Shown piece after piece: positions 49,011 to 58,761 of a stretch of 64,000 bases of DNA; the first letter of the stretch is position 1; each line of letters opens with the position of its first letter. The stretch is taken from contig JAJPHT010000022.1 in NCBI GenBank assembly GCA_021325135.1, positions 41,570 through 105,569 of the forward strand. Reading direction: 5' to 3'. A program made the position numbers and the translations under genes. The notes beneath the pieces are model-generated. The model saw nothing but the letters and a program-made list of their open reading frames with translations, did not search any database and was not told the DNA's origin. Source of the DNA: Pseudomonadota bacterium (GTDB taxonomy: Archaea > Thermoplasmatota > SW-10-69-26 > JACQPN01 > JAJPHT01).

Positions 49011-49574
49011 ATGCTCGTCTCCGGCATCGTCATCACCATCGCGTTCCTCCTCACAGCGCTGACCCTCTCGCAGGTGAGCAGCATCGAGCGGCAGGCCGCG
49101 GCGGACAAGCCCACCTCCCTTTCGGCGGAGTGGCGCTTCCTCCACGACCGCCTCAAGACGAACCTCCAGACCGCTGTGAGCGTGGACACCACCAACGACA
49201 CGCTCATCAACACCACCTGGCCCGCCGTGGCGGCGACGTTCCGCAACATCGAGGCGGAGAAAGGGTACGACCTCGTGCTCCGCATCGCGGGGAACACCAC
49301 CTCGGGCGTGGGCACGTTCAACCTCAGCGAGAACCGCACGGGGATCACGTCGGGCGGCGTCTTCACGACCTACAACGCCACGAGCTTCGACGGACAGACG
49401 ACGTTCAACTGGGCCGCGGACGGGAAGGACGACGGCTTGATCTGGCACGCCTCGTGCCTCGACCAGACCAACGGCAACGTGGGCTGCATCCAGGGGGTCC
49501 TGGTGGGCATGCACCTGGCGGACCAGTCGACGAACATCGATGAGGTCGTCCTCATCGCCGTCAACACCGGGTGA
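49011..49574 (+). CDS. Pilin-like protein; true start unclear because the signal peptide lies upstream of this ATG
   Basis: In-frame upstream codons read SGDHG|QLML, then a hydrophobic helix. Confidence 0.75.
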   Translation: MLVSGIVITIAFLLTALTLSQVSSIERQAAADKPTSLSAEWRFLHDRLKTNLQTAVSVDTTNDTLINTTWPAVAATFRNIEAEKGYDLVLRIAGNTTSGVGTFNLSENRTGITSGGVFTTYNATSFDGQTTFNWAADGKDDGLIWHASCLDQTNGNVGCIQGVLVGMHLADQSTNIDEVVLIAVNTG

Positions 49575-49678
49575 GGTGGACCGGTCCGTCCGGGCAACGC
49601 GGCCCTGGGGCGCCCGGGCGAAGCGACATATACCCTCGCTTGCAGAGCCAGGGGTGGGCTTTGGAGGACGTGCAGGCG

Positions 49679-52600
49679 ATGCGCAGACCGCGGGACGACG
49701 CCGGAAGCACCCACGTGCTCGAGGCGGTCATCATCGCGACGATCATGGTCTCCTCCGTGATCTACGTCGCGACGTTCCAGTCGCCCCCCGCCGCGACGAC
49801 CAACACGCGCGCGGGCCTCCAGCAGCGCTCGCAGGACGCGCTGGACATCCTCGCCGACACGCCCGTGCCGGGCTCCTCCTTCGGCGACAACATGCTCTCC
49901 GCGTACTCCGCGGCGTGCCTCCAGGGCAGCTGCGACGACCTGCGCCAGACCATGGAGCGCCTCCTGCCTCCGGGCACGCAGTTCTCGCTCTCCATCTCCA
50001 ACGGCTTCAACACGTGGCCCGTCTACGAGCCCCGCTCGCCCCCCGGCGAGGCCGTCACGACGTCGCACCTCATGGAGCCCAAGTGGAGCTACACCTTCCT
50101 GGGCACGGGCCAGAGCCTCGTGAACCCCTCGCGCGACCCTCTCTACACCTACTCGCTGCCCGTCTTCGACTCCAACGTGCTCGACCAGGGCGGCAGCCCG
50201 CTGCGCGTCATCCTCCACGGCTCGGCCGGCAGCGGCAACTTCACGCTGAGCACGGCGGCCACGACGGAGGCGCGCAAGACGACCAGCGCGGCCACGCCCG
50301 CGGCGTCGCTCTTCTTCGTCGACGGCTCGGGGACCCCCGTGGGCGCGCTGGACATCGCCGGCACGACCGCGCACGGCACGCCCTCGACGCCCACCCACGC
50401 CAACGTGCAGTTCCGCCTCCGCCTCCAGGAGTCCGCCAACCAGCCCATCCCCGCGGGCGCGCAGCTGGACGTGAGCCTCCCCCGCGGCTGGAACGCCAGC
50501 GTCACCTCCGCGCTGGACCCGGGCTGGACGATCGTCGCCTCCGCCGCCAACGCCACCGGCGGCGCCACCGACGCCGTGCTCAGCGCCCGCCTCGCGACGG
50601 CCCTCCAGAACGGGACGCGGGACTTCGTGTTCAACGCCACCTACCAGGGCGACCTCGTGGGCGACTACCTCTTCCACGCCGCGATGTCGCGCGGCTCGCT
50701 GGCCCAGGCGGGCCTCGCCGTGCGCGCGGACACCTCCACGACCAGCTCCTACGCGACGCCCGTCTTCACCATCTCCGCGCCCCGGCCCATGGGCGCCAGC
50801 GCCACGACGACGTGGACGCTGGGCGCCACCATCCCCAACGGCACGGCCGTCACCGTCAACTCCATCGAGATCGTCGAGCAGGACGGGCGCTCCATCTTCG
50901 GCAACGCCTCGGTCGTGAGCGGCGGCGGCTCGGTCGTGGCCGGAGGCGACCGCATCGTGTGGACCGCCCCCGACGTGGACGTCACGAGCTTCCTCACCCT
51001 CGCGCTCAACGTCACGCCCAGCGGCACCGTCGCGAGCCCCGACAACCCCCGCGCCGAGTTCCAGCCCCCCATGACCGTGGCGAACTTCACCGGCCGCTGG
51101 ATCGAGTCCGCCGGCACGGGCCTCTGGCGCCAGGCGCTCCTGCCCAACGTGACCTACGGCGGCTACGACACCAACTCGGGCCTCTCCCTCACGACGAACC
51201 ACTCCATGTCCAGCGAGGGCACCTACAAGGGCATCGCGATGCCCGGCAGCGGGAACTACACGCTGGGCAACGTCAGCACCAGCAACACCGCCGCCTACGG
51301 CTCCTACGTCGGGCTGGAGCGCCGCCAGGTCGCGACGGGGGACACCGCCGTCGTGGACATCGACGTGCAGTCGCTCCTCTTCACGCTCTCCTCCGCGGGC
51401 CAGAAGGCCGGCATCACGCTGCACGTCTATCCTCCCTGGAGCGGCGACCAGCGCATCCCCATCCAGTCCAACACCAGCTTCGACACGGAGCTGCTCACGA
51501 GCGACGTCATGTCGATGACGCTCCTCGACGTCAACGGCGACGGCTACGCGGACCCCGTGCTGGGCACGAGCAACGGCCGCGTCCTCGCCCTCCACGCGCT
51601 CACCGGCGGCCGCATCGAGGCGGACGTCTTCTCCGCGCCCTTCGACTCCTCCCAGCAGGGGAGCACGGCGCCCTCCATCACGCAGCTGGGCCTCATCGAC
51701 CTGGGCGGCCAGACCTACATCGTGGTCACGACGAACCAGGGCAGCGTCTTCGTGCTGGACCACTCGCTGCGCCTCGCGTGGTCGTGGTACTGGTCGTCCG
51801 CGTCCCCCTCCAACGTCGCGGCGCAGGTCATCTCCATGGACGCCAGCGCCGACGTCGACGGCGACGGCCGGCACGACGTCGTCGTGGGCGTGCAGGTGCA
51901 GGACCAGGGCGGCGCCAGCGCGGGCAACGTCGTCTTCGTCCTGCGCGCGCTCGTGGGCGACCCCTACCTGGAGGCGTGGGACCCGGCGGACGGCCCCTCG
52001 GGCCAGAACCAGCTCTACACCACCGTGGGCACGCCCAACGCGGTGCTGGGCCTCTCGCGCATCGGCCCCGCGGGCACGCACCCGGGCATCGCGACCACCT
52101 TCCAGTACACGCCCGGCCTCGCGGGCGTGGGCACCCAGTCCATCAACCCGCTGGGCCCCTCCGGCGCCACCGCCACGCTCTCGCTTCCCAAGGCCGGCAT
52201 GCACGGCGTCAACAACGACAGCACCGACGCGTGGACCTTCTCGGGCCCGCCCATCACCGTCGCGCGCACCTACGACTACGAGGGCAACGGCATCCCCGAC
52301 ATCGTGGGTGGCGCCCCCGCGGGCTACGTCTTCATGATGAACGGCACCGAGCCCACCTCGCCCGTCGTCTCCACGTCGCTCACGAGCCCGCCCGCCACGG
52401 AGGTCATCGCCTCGGCGACGCACGACGGGCTGCGCAGCGCGTTCCTCACCCGCGACCGCTCCATCTACTACACCACCGACGGCTGGATCTCGCAGCACAA
52501 CGTCTGCGACCCCGCGACGCAGGTCTGCCTGGCGCCCCTGGGCGCCGCGGCCCTGGCCATGAACGCGTCGTCCTCCTTCTGGGTCGCCGGAAGCGCGGGC

Positions 52601-54751
52601 GGCCTGTGGCGGACGCCCCCCGCGGCGGACTCGGCCAGCGCGTCCTCGCTCAACCTCGCGACCGTCTCCCCCATCAACGCGACCAAGGACGGCAGCGCGT
52701 TCGACCTGGGCGTCACGGGCACGCTCTACAACTTCAACGGCGTCTCCTTCCGCTGGGGCGACCAGGGCAACGTGGGCTTCGTCATCGGCACGCCCGTCTC
52801 CTGCGTCCTCGCGCCGTGCGCGGCGGAGGACCTCGTCATGAACACCAGCACCGGCGGCCAGACCTGGACCGTCGCCTCCAATGCGTCGGGCACGCTCCAG
52901 GGCCGCGACAACCGCACCGTCACGGCCCCGCTGGTCCGCCTCAACTTCTCCACGGACTCCCTGGGCTGGATCGTGGGCGGCAACGGCACGCTGCTGCGCA
53001 CCCTCGACGGCGGCGCCCACTGGCACGGCGTCAACGTGTCGGGCACCATCGTGAACCTCACCGACGTCTCGTGCGCCGCCCTCGCGCCCGACACCTGCAT
53101 CGTCGTGGGCGCCAGCGGCCACGCGTGGCGCACGACGAACTCCCGCGCCGCGTACCCCACGTGGACCGCCATCGACCTGGGCCCCGCCGCCAGCGGGCGC
53201 GACATCTCCTCGGTGGGCCTCGTGAACACGAGCGTCGCCTACGCGGGCGCCAGCAATCTCATCCTGAAGACCTGGGACGGCGGCGACCACTGGACCGTCA
53301 TGCCGCTGAGCTACGTCCCGTCCAACGGGGACATCGTCAACGTGCTCCCCGACGGCCAGGGCTACGTCTACGGCGGCACCGCGACCACGCAGCGCACCTT
53401 CTACCTGGGCGCGCACAACCTCACCAGCCGCGCGCAGACGACCAACGTCGCCACGGGCCTGCCCCCCGGCTCCCAGGTGACGCGCGTCGACATGGAGGTC
53501 AGCGACTCGCAGAACTACGCGACCCCCCCCTCCACGTCCATGTCCATCGTCACGTTCAACGTGACCGCGGACGGCGGCGCGCACTGGTTCGCGGCCTCCA
53601 CCAACAGCAGCGGCTACGTGGACCCGCTCACCAACCTCGTCACCGCGTACTACCCCAAGGCCTCCAGCCACGCCGAGTGGGGGAGCCAGGTCTACGACTA
53701 CGTCGAGGGGTGGACGACGAGCACCGCGACCGCGACCGGCTCCGACGTGCGCGTGCGCATGGACTTCAACACCACCGGCGATTTCGCGGCCTTCACGGCC
53801 TCGGTCCACGCCATCACGCTCAACGTCACCTACTGGAACGGCAGCGCGTACAACATGATGCCCTTCACGGTGGACCTCAACAGCACGGCGAAGAAGGACG
53901 CCGCCAACACCGACGCCGTCTGGGTGGATGGCGGCGGGAGCGTCTACCAGCCCCTCGTGCAGCCCTACTGGGTGCGCAACGTGAGCGGCTCCGTGCAGGA
54001 CCTCCTCGTGGGGCTCAACGTCACGGGCGACTCGCGCGCCGAGGTCTACGTCTCCACGGGCGCGGTCATCGCCGAGAACAGCCCCGACAGCATCCCCTAC
54101 GCGGGCAACAACCCCGGCATGACCATCGCGCCCGACGACAACCGCGTCTACCTCCTCGACGGGAAGAACGGCACCATCGCCGCGCAGACCGCGAGCTTCG
54201 GCGGCGCCGTCACGCACCTGGCCCTCAGCGACTCCAACGGCGACGGCGTCCCTGAGTACCTCTACGCGACCGTGTGGGACGGCGCCAGCACCGCGCAGCT
54301 CGTGTGCATGGACCCCGCCACGCTGGCCATCAAGTGGCAGAAGACCATCGGCGCGACGATGCCCACGGCGCTGGCCGCCGGCGCGCTCCAGGGAGCCAAC
54401 GCCACCGCCTTCGTCACCGACCGCACCGGCGGCACGCCCCCCGTGCCGGGCCGCGCCATGGCGTACCGCGGCTGGGACGGCTCCTCCGCGTGGAGCGCCG
54501 TGCCCGACCAGCAGGGCCACTACACGGTGAACATCCCCGTGGGCAAGAACTGGCTCTTCGGCCCCTACGTCGTCGAGGCCGCGGTGGACTGGAACACCAC
54601 GGGCTACCAGGTGGGCAACGCCACGCCGCAGGCCCTCGTGCAGACCGAGCGCTTCTACGACTACTTCCTCGTGACGCCGCCGGGCGCGCTCGCGCCGCCC
54701 TCGCCGGTCTACAACGTGCAGCTCACCACCTGGTACGAGGACTGGAGATGA
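49679..54751 (+). CDS. Giant pilin-like adhesin (~1690 aa) with FG-GAP and Asp-box/BNR repeats
   Basis: DDAG|STHVLEAVII N-terminus; DVNGDG, DVDGDG, DYEGNG, DSNGDG motifs; TxDGGxxW repeats. Confidence 0.88.
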   Translation: MRRPRDDAGSTHVLEAVIIATIMVSSVIYVATFQSPPAATTNTRAGLQQRSQDALDILADTPVPGSSFGDNMLSAYSAACLQGSCDDLRQTMERLLPPGTQFSLSISNGFNTWPVYEPRSPPGEAVTTSHLMEPKWSYTFLGTGQSLVNPSRDPLYTYSLPVFDSNVLDQGGSPLRVILHGSAGSGNFTLSTAATTEARKTTSAATPAASLFFVDGSGTPVGALDIAGTTAHGTPSTPTHANVQFRLRLQESANQPIPAGAQLDVSLPRGWNASVTSALDPGWTIVASAANATGGATDAVLSARLATALQNGTRDFVFNATYQGDLVGDYLFHAAMSRGSLAQAGLAVRADTSTTSSYATPVFTISAPRPMGASATTTWTLGATIPNGTAVTVNSIEIVEQDGRSIFGNASVVSGGGSVVAGGDRIVWTAPDVDVTSFLTLALNVTPSGTVASPDNPRAEFQPPMTVANFTGRWIESAGTGLWRQALLPNVTYGGYDTNSGLSLTTNHSMSSEGTYKGIAMPGSGNYTLGNVSTSNTAAYGSYVGLERRQVATGDTAVVDIDVQSLLFTLSSAGQKAGITLHVYPPWSGDQRIPIQSNTSFDTELLTSDVMSMTLLDVNGDGYADPVLGTSNGRVLALHALTGGRIEADVFSAPFDSSQQGSTAPSITQLGLIDLGGQTYIVVTTNQGSVFVLDHSLRLAWSWYWSSASPSNVAAQVISMDASADVDGDGRHDVVVGVQVQDQGGASAGNVVFVLRALVGDPYLEAWDPADGPSGQNQLYTTVGTPNAVLGLSRIGPAGTHPGIATTFQYTPGLAGVGTQSINPLGPSGATATLSLPKAGMHGVNNDSTDAWTFSGPPITVARTYDYEGNGIPDIVGGAPAGYVFMMNGTEPTSPVVSTSLTSPPATEVIASATHDGLRSAFLTRDRSIYYTTDGWISQHNVCDPATQVCLAPLGAAALAMNASSSFWVAGSAGGLWRTPPAADSASASSLNLATVSPINATKDGSAFDLGVTGTLYNFNGVSFRWGDQGNVGFVIGTPVSCVLAPCAAEDLVMNTSTGGQTWTVASNASGTLQGRDNRTVTAPLVRLNFSTDSLGWIVGGNGTLLRTLDGGAHWHGVNVSGTIVNLTDVSCAALAPDTCIVVGASGHAWRTTNSRAAYPTWTAIDLGPAASGRDISSVGLVNTSVAYAGASNLILKTWDGGDHWTVMPLSYVPSNGDIVNVLPDGQGYVYGGTATTQRTFYLGAHNLTSRAQTTNVATGLPPGSQVTRVDMEVSDSQNYATPPSTSMSIVTFNVTADGGAHWFAASTNSSGYVDPLTNLVTAYYPKASSHAEWGSQVYDYVEGWTTSTATATGSDVRVRMDFNTTGDFAAFTASVHAITLNVTYWNGSAYNMMPFTVDLNSTAKKDAANTDAVWVDGGGSVYQPLVQPYWVRNVSGSVQDLLVGLNVTGDSRAEVYVSTGAVIAENSPDSIPYAGNNPGMTIAPDDNRVYLLDGKNGTIAAQTASFGGAVTHLALSDSNGDGVPEYLYATVWDGASTAQLVCMDPATLAIKWQKTIGATMPTALAAGALQGANATAFVTDRTGGTPPVPGRAMAYRGWDGSSAWSAVPDQQGHYTVNIPVGKNWLFGPYVVEAAVDWNTTGYQVGNATPQALVQTERFYDYFLVTPPGALAPPSPVYNVQLTTWYEDWR

Positions 54752-55908
54752 GCCCGCCGCGCGACGGTGCGATGGTGCAGGCCCTTGAGGCCGTCATGGT
54801 CGCCCTCATCGTCCTGGGCGCGGCGTACAGCGTCGTCACGCTGCGCGCGGTGTCGCAGACCCACGACAAGCCGCGCGCCAACCTGGAGAAGCTCGCCGCG
54901 GACTCCCTCACCGTCCTCAACGGCCTCGTGGACGCCAACGGCACCATGCTCGACCAGGCCCTGACCGAGCAGTACCACTGCTCGCGCGACGTCAGCCCCT
55001 CCACGACGACGTGCGCGACGGGCCGCGCCGACAACATCACCGAGAAGCTCCAGTTCTACCTGCCCCCGGGCGCCGCATACGCCATCGCCATCGACAACGG
55101 CATCCAGGCGCGGGAGATCTACCGCGCGAGCACGCCCGCCGGAGAGGCCGTGGGCGCCTCCTACGCCTTCGTGCCCGCGTGGAACTTCACCTTCGTCGCC
55201 TCCGAGCTGTCCTGCTACGACCCCGGGATGCCGCTCAACGCGACGCTCCTCCCCATCGCCCACGCGCGCAGCGTCAACGCCTCGCGCGTCGTGCTCACGC
55301 TGGGCGCGACGGGCGTCAACGTCACCGCCAACGCCACGGGCAGCGGCCGCTGGAACGCCACCTTCGCCGCGGCCGCGCGCCCCGCCAGCGGGACCCTCGT
55401 GGCCAACGCCACTGCGGCGCGCAACGCGGGCACCTTCCCGGGCCTCGCGACCTACGGCTCCTGCGCGCTGGGCGCCACGGGCAACGCCACCGTGACCGCC
55501 CTGCGGCAGGACTCGCTGACGCTCCCCGCCTCGGCCCCCATCGGCCAGGCCGCCACGCTGCGCGCCAACCTCACGCACCTCGCCGCCGTCTCCGGCGCGA
55601 CGCTCCTCTCCAGCAACCTCACCGTCTACGAGCCCATCCCCGACCGCCCCGGCGAGGCCGACACGTGGATCCCCGCGACCACCATCGCCCTGGGCAGCGG
55701 TTCGACGCCCAGCGCCACGTGGACGCCCCCCGACGACGCCCTCTTCGGCGCCCACCCCGTCGTCCTGCGCGCCCTCATGCAGGCCGGCGGCGTCACCTAC
55801 GAGGCGCGCCTCGTGGGCATCCTGCCCGTGGCCCTCCCCAGCGGGGTCGTGCCGCTGGACCCGCCTTACCGGGCGGTGCTGCAGGCTTGGTTCGGCGACT
55901 GGCGCTGA
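54748..55908 (+). CDS. Pilin-like protein, short paralog of the giant adhesin
   Basis: QALEAVMVALIV helix; shared LPPG...GEAV...PxWxxTF and C-terminal WxxDWR. Confidence 0.82.
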   Translation: MSPPRDGAMVQALEAVMVALIVLGAAYSVVTLRAVSQTHDKPRANLEKLAADSLTVLNGLVDANGTMLDQALTEQYHCSRDVSPSTTTCATGRADNITEKLQFYLPPGAAYAIAIDNGIQAREIYRASTPAGEAVGASYAFVPAWNFTFVASELSCYDPGMPLNATLLPIAHARSVNASRVVLTLGATGVNVTANATGSGRWNATFAAAARPASGTLVANATAARNAGTFPGLATYGSCALGATGNATVTALRQDSLTLPASAPIGQAATLRANLTHLAAVSGATLLSSNLTVYEPIPDRPGEADTWIPATTIALGSGSTPSATWTPPDDALFGAHPVVLRALMQAGGVTYEARLVGILPVALPSGVVPLDPPYRAVLQAWFGDWR

Positions 55909-55987
55909 AGCGCTTCGCGCCATCAGCGCCAGCGGAGTGTTTTTGTCTCTTCTTGCAGCGGTGGCGGGGGGTCCTTCGGACCCCCGG

Positions 55988-56096
55988 CGACCGCGGATTC
56001 CGATCAGAATTGCCCTTGGGGGCGCTCCGGCGGCGCTGCGCGCCGCCTCCGGCCCCCACAAGGAATCCGGACAATTCTGATCGGAATCCGCGGTCG
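55988..56096. repeat. Hairpin element with perfect 25-bp terminal inverted repeats
   Basis: cgaccgcggattccgatcagaattg 55988-56012 / caattctgatcggaatccgcggtcg 56072-56096; nested inner stems. Confidence 0.85.
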
Positions 56097-56207
56097 GTTT
56101 GGCCGTCTGTCTGACGAGGGGGATATCAATTCGCCGGCTCGTCTCGATATAAGGCCCCTTGTGGCGTTCCGCGGTTTCAAATAGGCCTGCTTGCAGAGAC
56201 GTTTGTC

Positions 56208-58205
56208 ATGCTTGGAGGCCGGTGGCGCCGGCCCAATCTGGCCCATGGCCGGAGAGGGCGGGGCCTGGCTCGCGTCCTGAGGCTGCGCAGGGACCCGGGG
56301 TCCACGTCGACCCTGGGGCTCGCCATCGCGGCGGTCATCTTCGCCGCGTCGTTCGTCGTGGCGCAGCTTGTCGTGCAGCACCCCACGAGCGTCGACGGCA
56401 AGCGCGAGCAGTTCGACGCGCAGGCCGCCACGGGGCTCGACCTCCTCGTGGGCACGGCGGGCGCCACGTCCACCGGAGCCTCGTGGGCGTCGGACCCCGA
56501 CCACCTCACGCGCTTCGGGCTCGCCCTGGACGGGAACCCCAACTTCCTGGACTACGCCAAGATCCGCTCGCTGCGCAACGGCACCATGAGCTCCACCGCC
56601 AACGGCCAGCCGGACTACCCCGACGTCATGGCCGCCATGGGGATCAAGACGGGCGACATCCACCTGAGGACCTACCCCGTCATGCCCAGCTGGGACGACT
56701 CGCGCTTCGTGAAGGAGCAGCACGGCCGCCTGGCCTACATCGCGCACTACACGGGCGCCAGCGCGCCCGTCAACGTCACGGCCTTCACCGCGACCGTCGC
56801 GGGCAACGCCCTCAACGTGAGCGTCACGCTGCGCAACGAGGCGACGTTCAGCGCGATCTTCGTCGCGAGCGTGTCGCTGGGGCAGGCGGGCGACGACGAC
56901 GGCGTCGTCTCCACCGGCCTCAACACCGCGCTCCTCGCGCCGGGCGCCTCGCAGACGCTCTGGACGCGCTTCGACCGCCTCCCCTCGTGGGACGCCTCGA
57001 TCCAGGCGGTGACGCTGGACGTGACGGACCCCTTCGGCAACCCCGCCGTCGACGGCGCGGGCAACCGCGTGGGGCCCTCGTCCATCCTCACGACGCCCCC
57101 CACGGGCGGCTCCAGCTCGTACAACCTCCTCGTCTCCGCCTCCGACGTCTACGTCGTGAGCGGCAGCACAGTCTCCTTCGCGCTGGACGACTACAAGGGC
57201 GACGGCTCGCGCGTCAACGGCGCGCAGGCCCGCTTCGTCCTCGTGGGCCCCGACGGCCACGAGTGGCAGAACTCCACCGTGAGCCTCAACAAGAACAAGC
57301 AGACGACGGTGTCGTGCGCGAACTGCACGACGAGCGGCGTCTACACCGGCATCGTCTGGGACACGGGCATGACGCGCCGCGAGCAGGACGCCGTGTACGT
57401 CAGCGCCGCGTCCATGTTCACGCAGAAGTCCACCATGGACCCCGTGGCCTCCAAGGAGGTGACGCTCCTCCTGCGCCTCGTCAACACGTTCAACCCCACG
57501 CGCTACGACGCGGCCACCAACCCGGAGGGCGACGTCTTCGCGGACGACGTGAACGGCGCCTCGGACATCGCCAACGTGATCCCGCGCTACACCACCATCG
57601 TCGTGGGCAGCCAGATCTCGCAGAACTGCCTGACGCCCAGCGCGGTGAAGAACGGCATCGCGGACTGGGTGCAGGGCGGCGGCAACCTCGTGGTGCTGGG
57701 CACCGCGACGCAGAAGTCCGAGTGGCTCCAGCCCATCTACCACGCCGCGCAGACGACGGCCAACGGAGGCATCAGCGCGCCCGACCCCACGAACCCCATC
57801 CTGGTCGCGCCCGAGCACCTCCAGTACCAGACGTACCTCGACCGCGGCCGCGCGTGGGAGATCAAGAACGACGAGCCCTTCACGCACGTCCTCACGCGCG
57901 GCACGGCGGGCACGAGCACGGACGACACGCTGGCCGTGGCGAACGCGGGCGCGTTCAACAACGGCACCGTCGTCCTCACGAGCTACATGCCCGGCTCGCT
58001 CACGAGCCCGCAGGACGACGCGGAGGCGACGCGCCTCCTGCACAACCTCCTCAGCCAGGCCTACACGATGCTCTTCCTCGACTACGGGCCCCCCATCCCG
58101 CCCGGCGCCAGCGTGGGGAGCGACGCGCGCCTCGTCGCCGTGCCGCACCCCAACGTGCCCGGCGCGGTGGTCGAGGTCAGGCTCGTGCTGTACGTGTTCG
58201 GGTAA
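56208..58205 (+). CDS. Pilin-like secreted protein (start uncertain)
   Basis: RRDPG|STSTLGLAIAAVIF helix; C-terminal beta strand VRLVLYVF; TATA-like atataa at ~56148. Confidence 0.8.
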   Translation: MLGGRWRRPNLAHGRRGRGLARVLRLRRDPGSTSTLGLAIAAVIFAASFVVAQLVVQHPTSVDGKREQFDAQAATGLDLLVGTAGATSTGASWASDPDHLTRFGLALDGNPNFLDYAKIRSLRNGTMSSTANGQPDYPDVMAAMGIKTGDIHLRTYPVMPSWDDSRFVKEQHGRLAYIAHYTGASAPVNVTAFTATVAGNALNVSVTLRNEATFSAIFVASVSLGQAGDDDGVVSTGLNTALLAPGASQTLWTRFDRLPSWDASIQAVTLDVTDPFGNPAVDGAGNRVGPSSILTTPPTGGSSSYNLLVSASDVYVVSGSTVSFALDDYKGDGSRVNGAQARFVLVGPDGHEWQNSTVSLNKNKQTTVSCANCTTSGVYTGIVWDTGMTRREQDAVYVSAASMFTQKSTMDPVASKEVTLLLRLVNTFNPTRYDAATNPEGDVFADDVNGASDIANVIPRYTTIVVGSQISQNCLTPSAVKNGIADWVQGGGNLVVLGTATQKSEWLQPIYHAAQTTANGGISAPDPTNPILVAPEHLQYQTYLDRGRAWEIKNDEPFTHVLTRGTAGTSTDDTLAVANAGAFNNGTVVLTSYMPGSLTSPQDDAEATRLLHNLLSQAYTMLFLDYGPPIPPGASVGSDARLVAVPHPNVPGAVVEVRLVLYVFG

Positions 58206-58287
58206 CCGCAGCGAAGCGTGAACGATTGGGATAGGCTTGCTCGCGAAAGGTGATATCCTGCATTCGTTCTAGGCCGTTCGGGTTCCC

Positions 58288-58599
58288 TTGCGAGGCATCC
58301 ACACTCTTGCGGCCCTGGTCCTCACGATCGCGTCCCTCCCGCTGGCCAGCGCGGGCGGGTTCCCCACCGACTGCCAGCCCGGCGCGGCGGCCACGTTCCG
58401 CAGCGTGGACGCGGGCCCCGCCGGCATCTACTACGTCCGCGAGTACGCCATCGGCGGCAACACGTGGGTCCAGATCTGGCAGGAGTCCAACGGCGTCCCC
58501 GGACTCCAGCTCGACCCCACCTGGAACTGCGGCAACCCCGGCGACACAATGCTGGCGCAGCGCTGCGTCGGGCGCGACTGCCCGCCCACCGTCGTGTAG
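58288..58599 (+). CDS. Small secreted Cys-containing protein
   Basis: Signal peptide; W.ESNG.PGLQ motif; 4 Cys. Confidence 0.7.
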   Translation: MRGIHTLAALVLTIASLPLASAGGFPTDCQPGAAATFRSVDAGPAGIYYVREYAIGGNTWVQIWQESNGVPGLQLDPTWNCGNPGDTMLAQRCVGRDCPPTVV

Positions 58600-58609
58600 T
58601 TCGGAGGCA

Positions 58610-58757
58610 CGGCGGCGCCGCAGCGCCGCTACCCGCGGGGGGTTCGGGGGGCGCAGCCCCCTGACGTGAAGGAACGTCGAGCAGACGATCAAAACGTCAG
58701 GGGGCTGCGCCCCCCGAACCCCCCGCTTTTGGCCGCGCTGCGGCGCGGCCGAACGAT
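58610..58757. repeat. REPIN/MITE-like element, copy D, between convergent genes
   Basis: Arms ~58610-58667 and 58694-58757. Confidence 0.9.
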
Positions 58758-58761
58758 TTTC

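Noticed and set aside
49370-54520. Very long antisense and alternate-frame ORFs (also 27348-31625, 45233-48760, 15054-18290)
   Set aside because: Shadow ORFs of GC-rich genes; Arg/Gly/Ala-rich with no motifs
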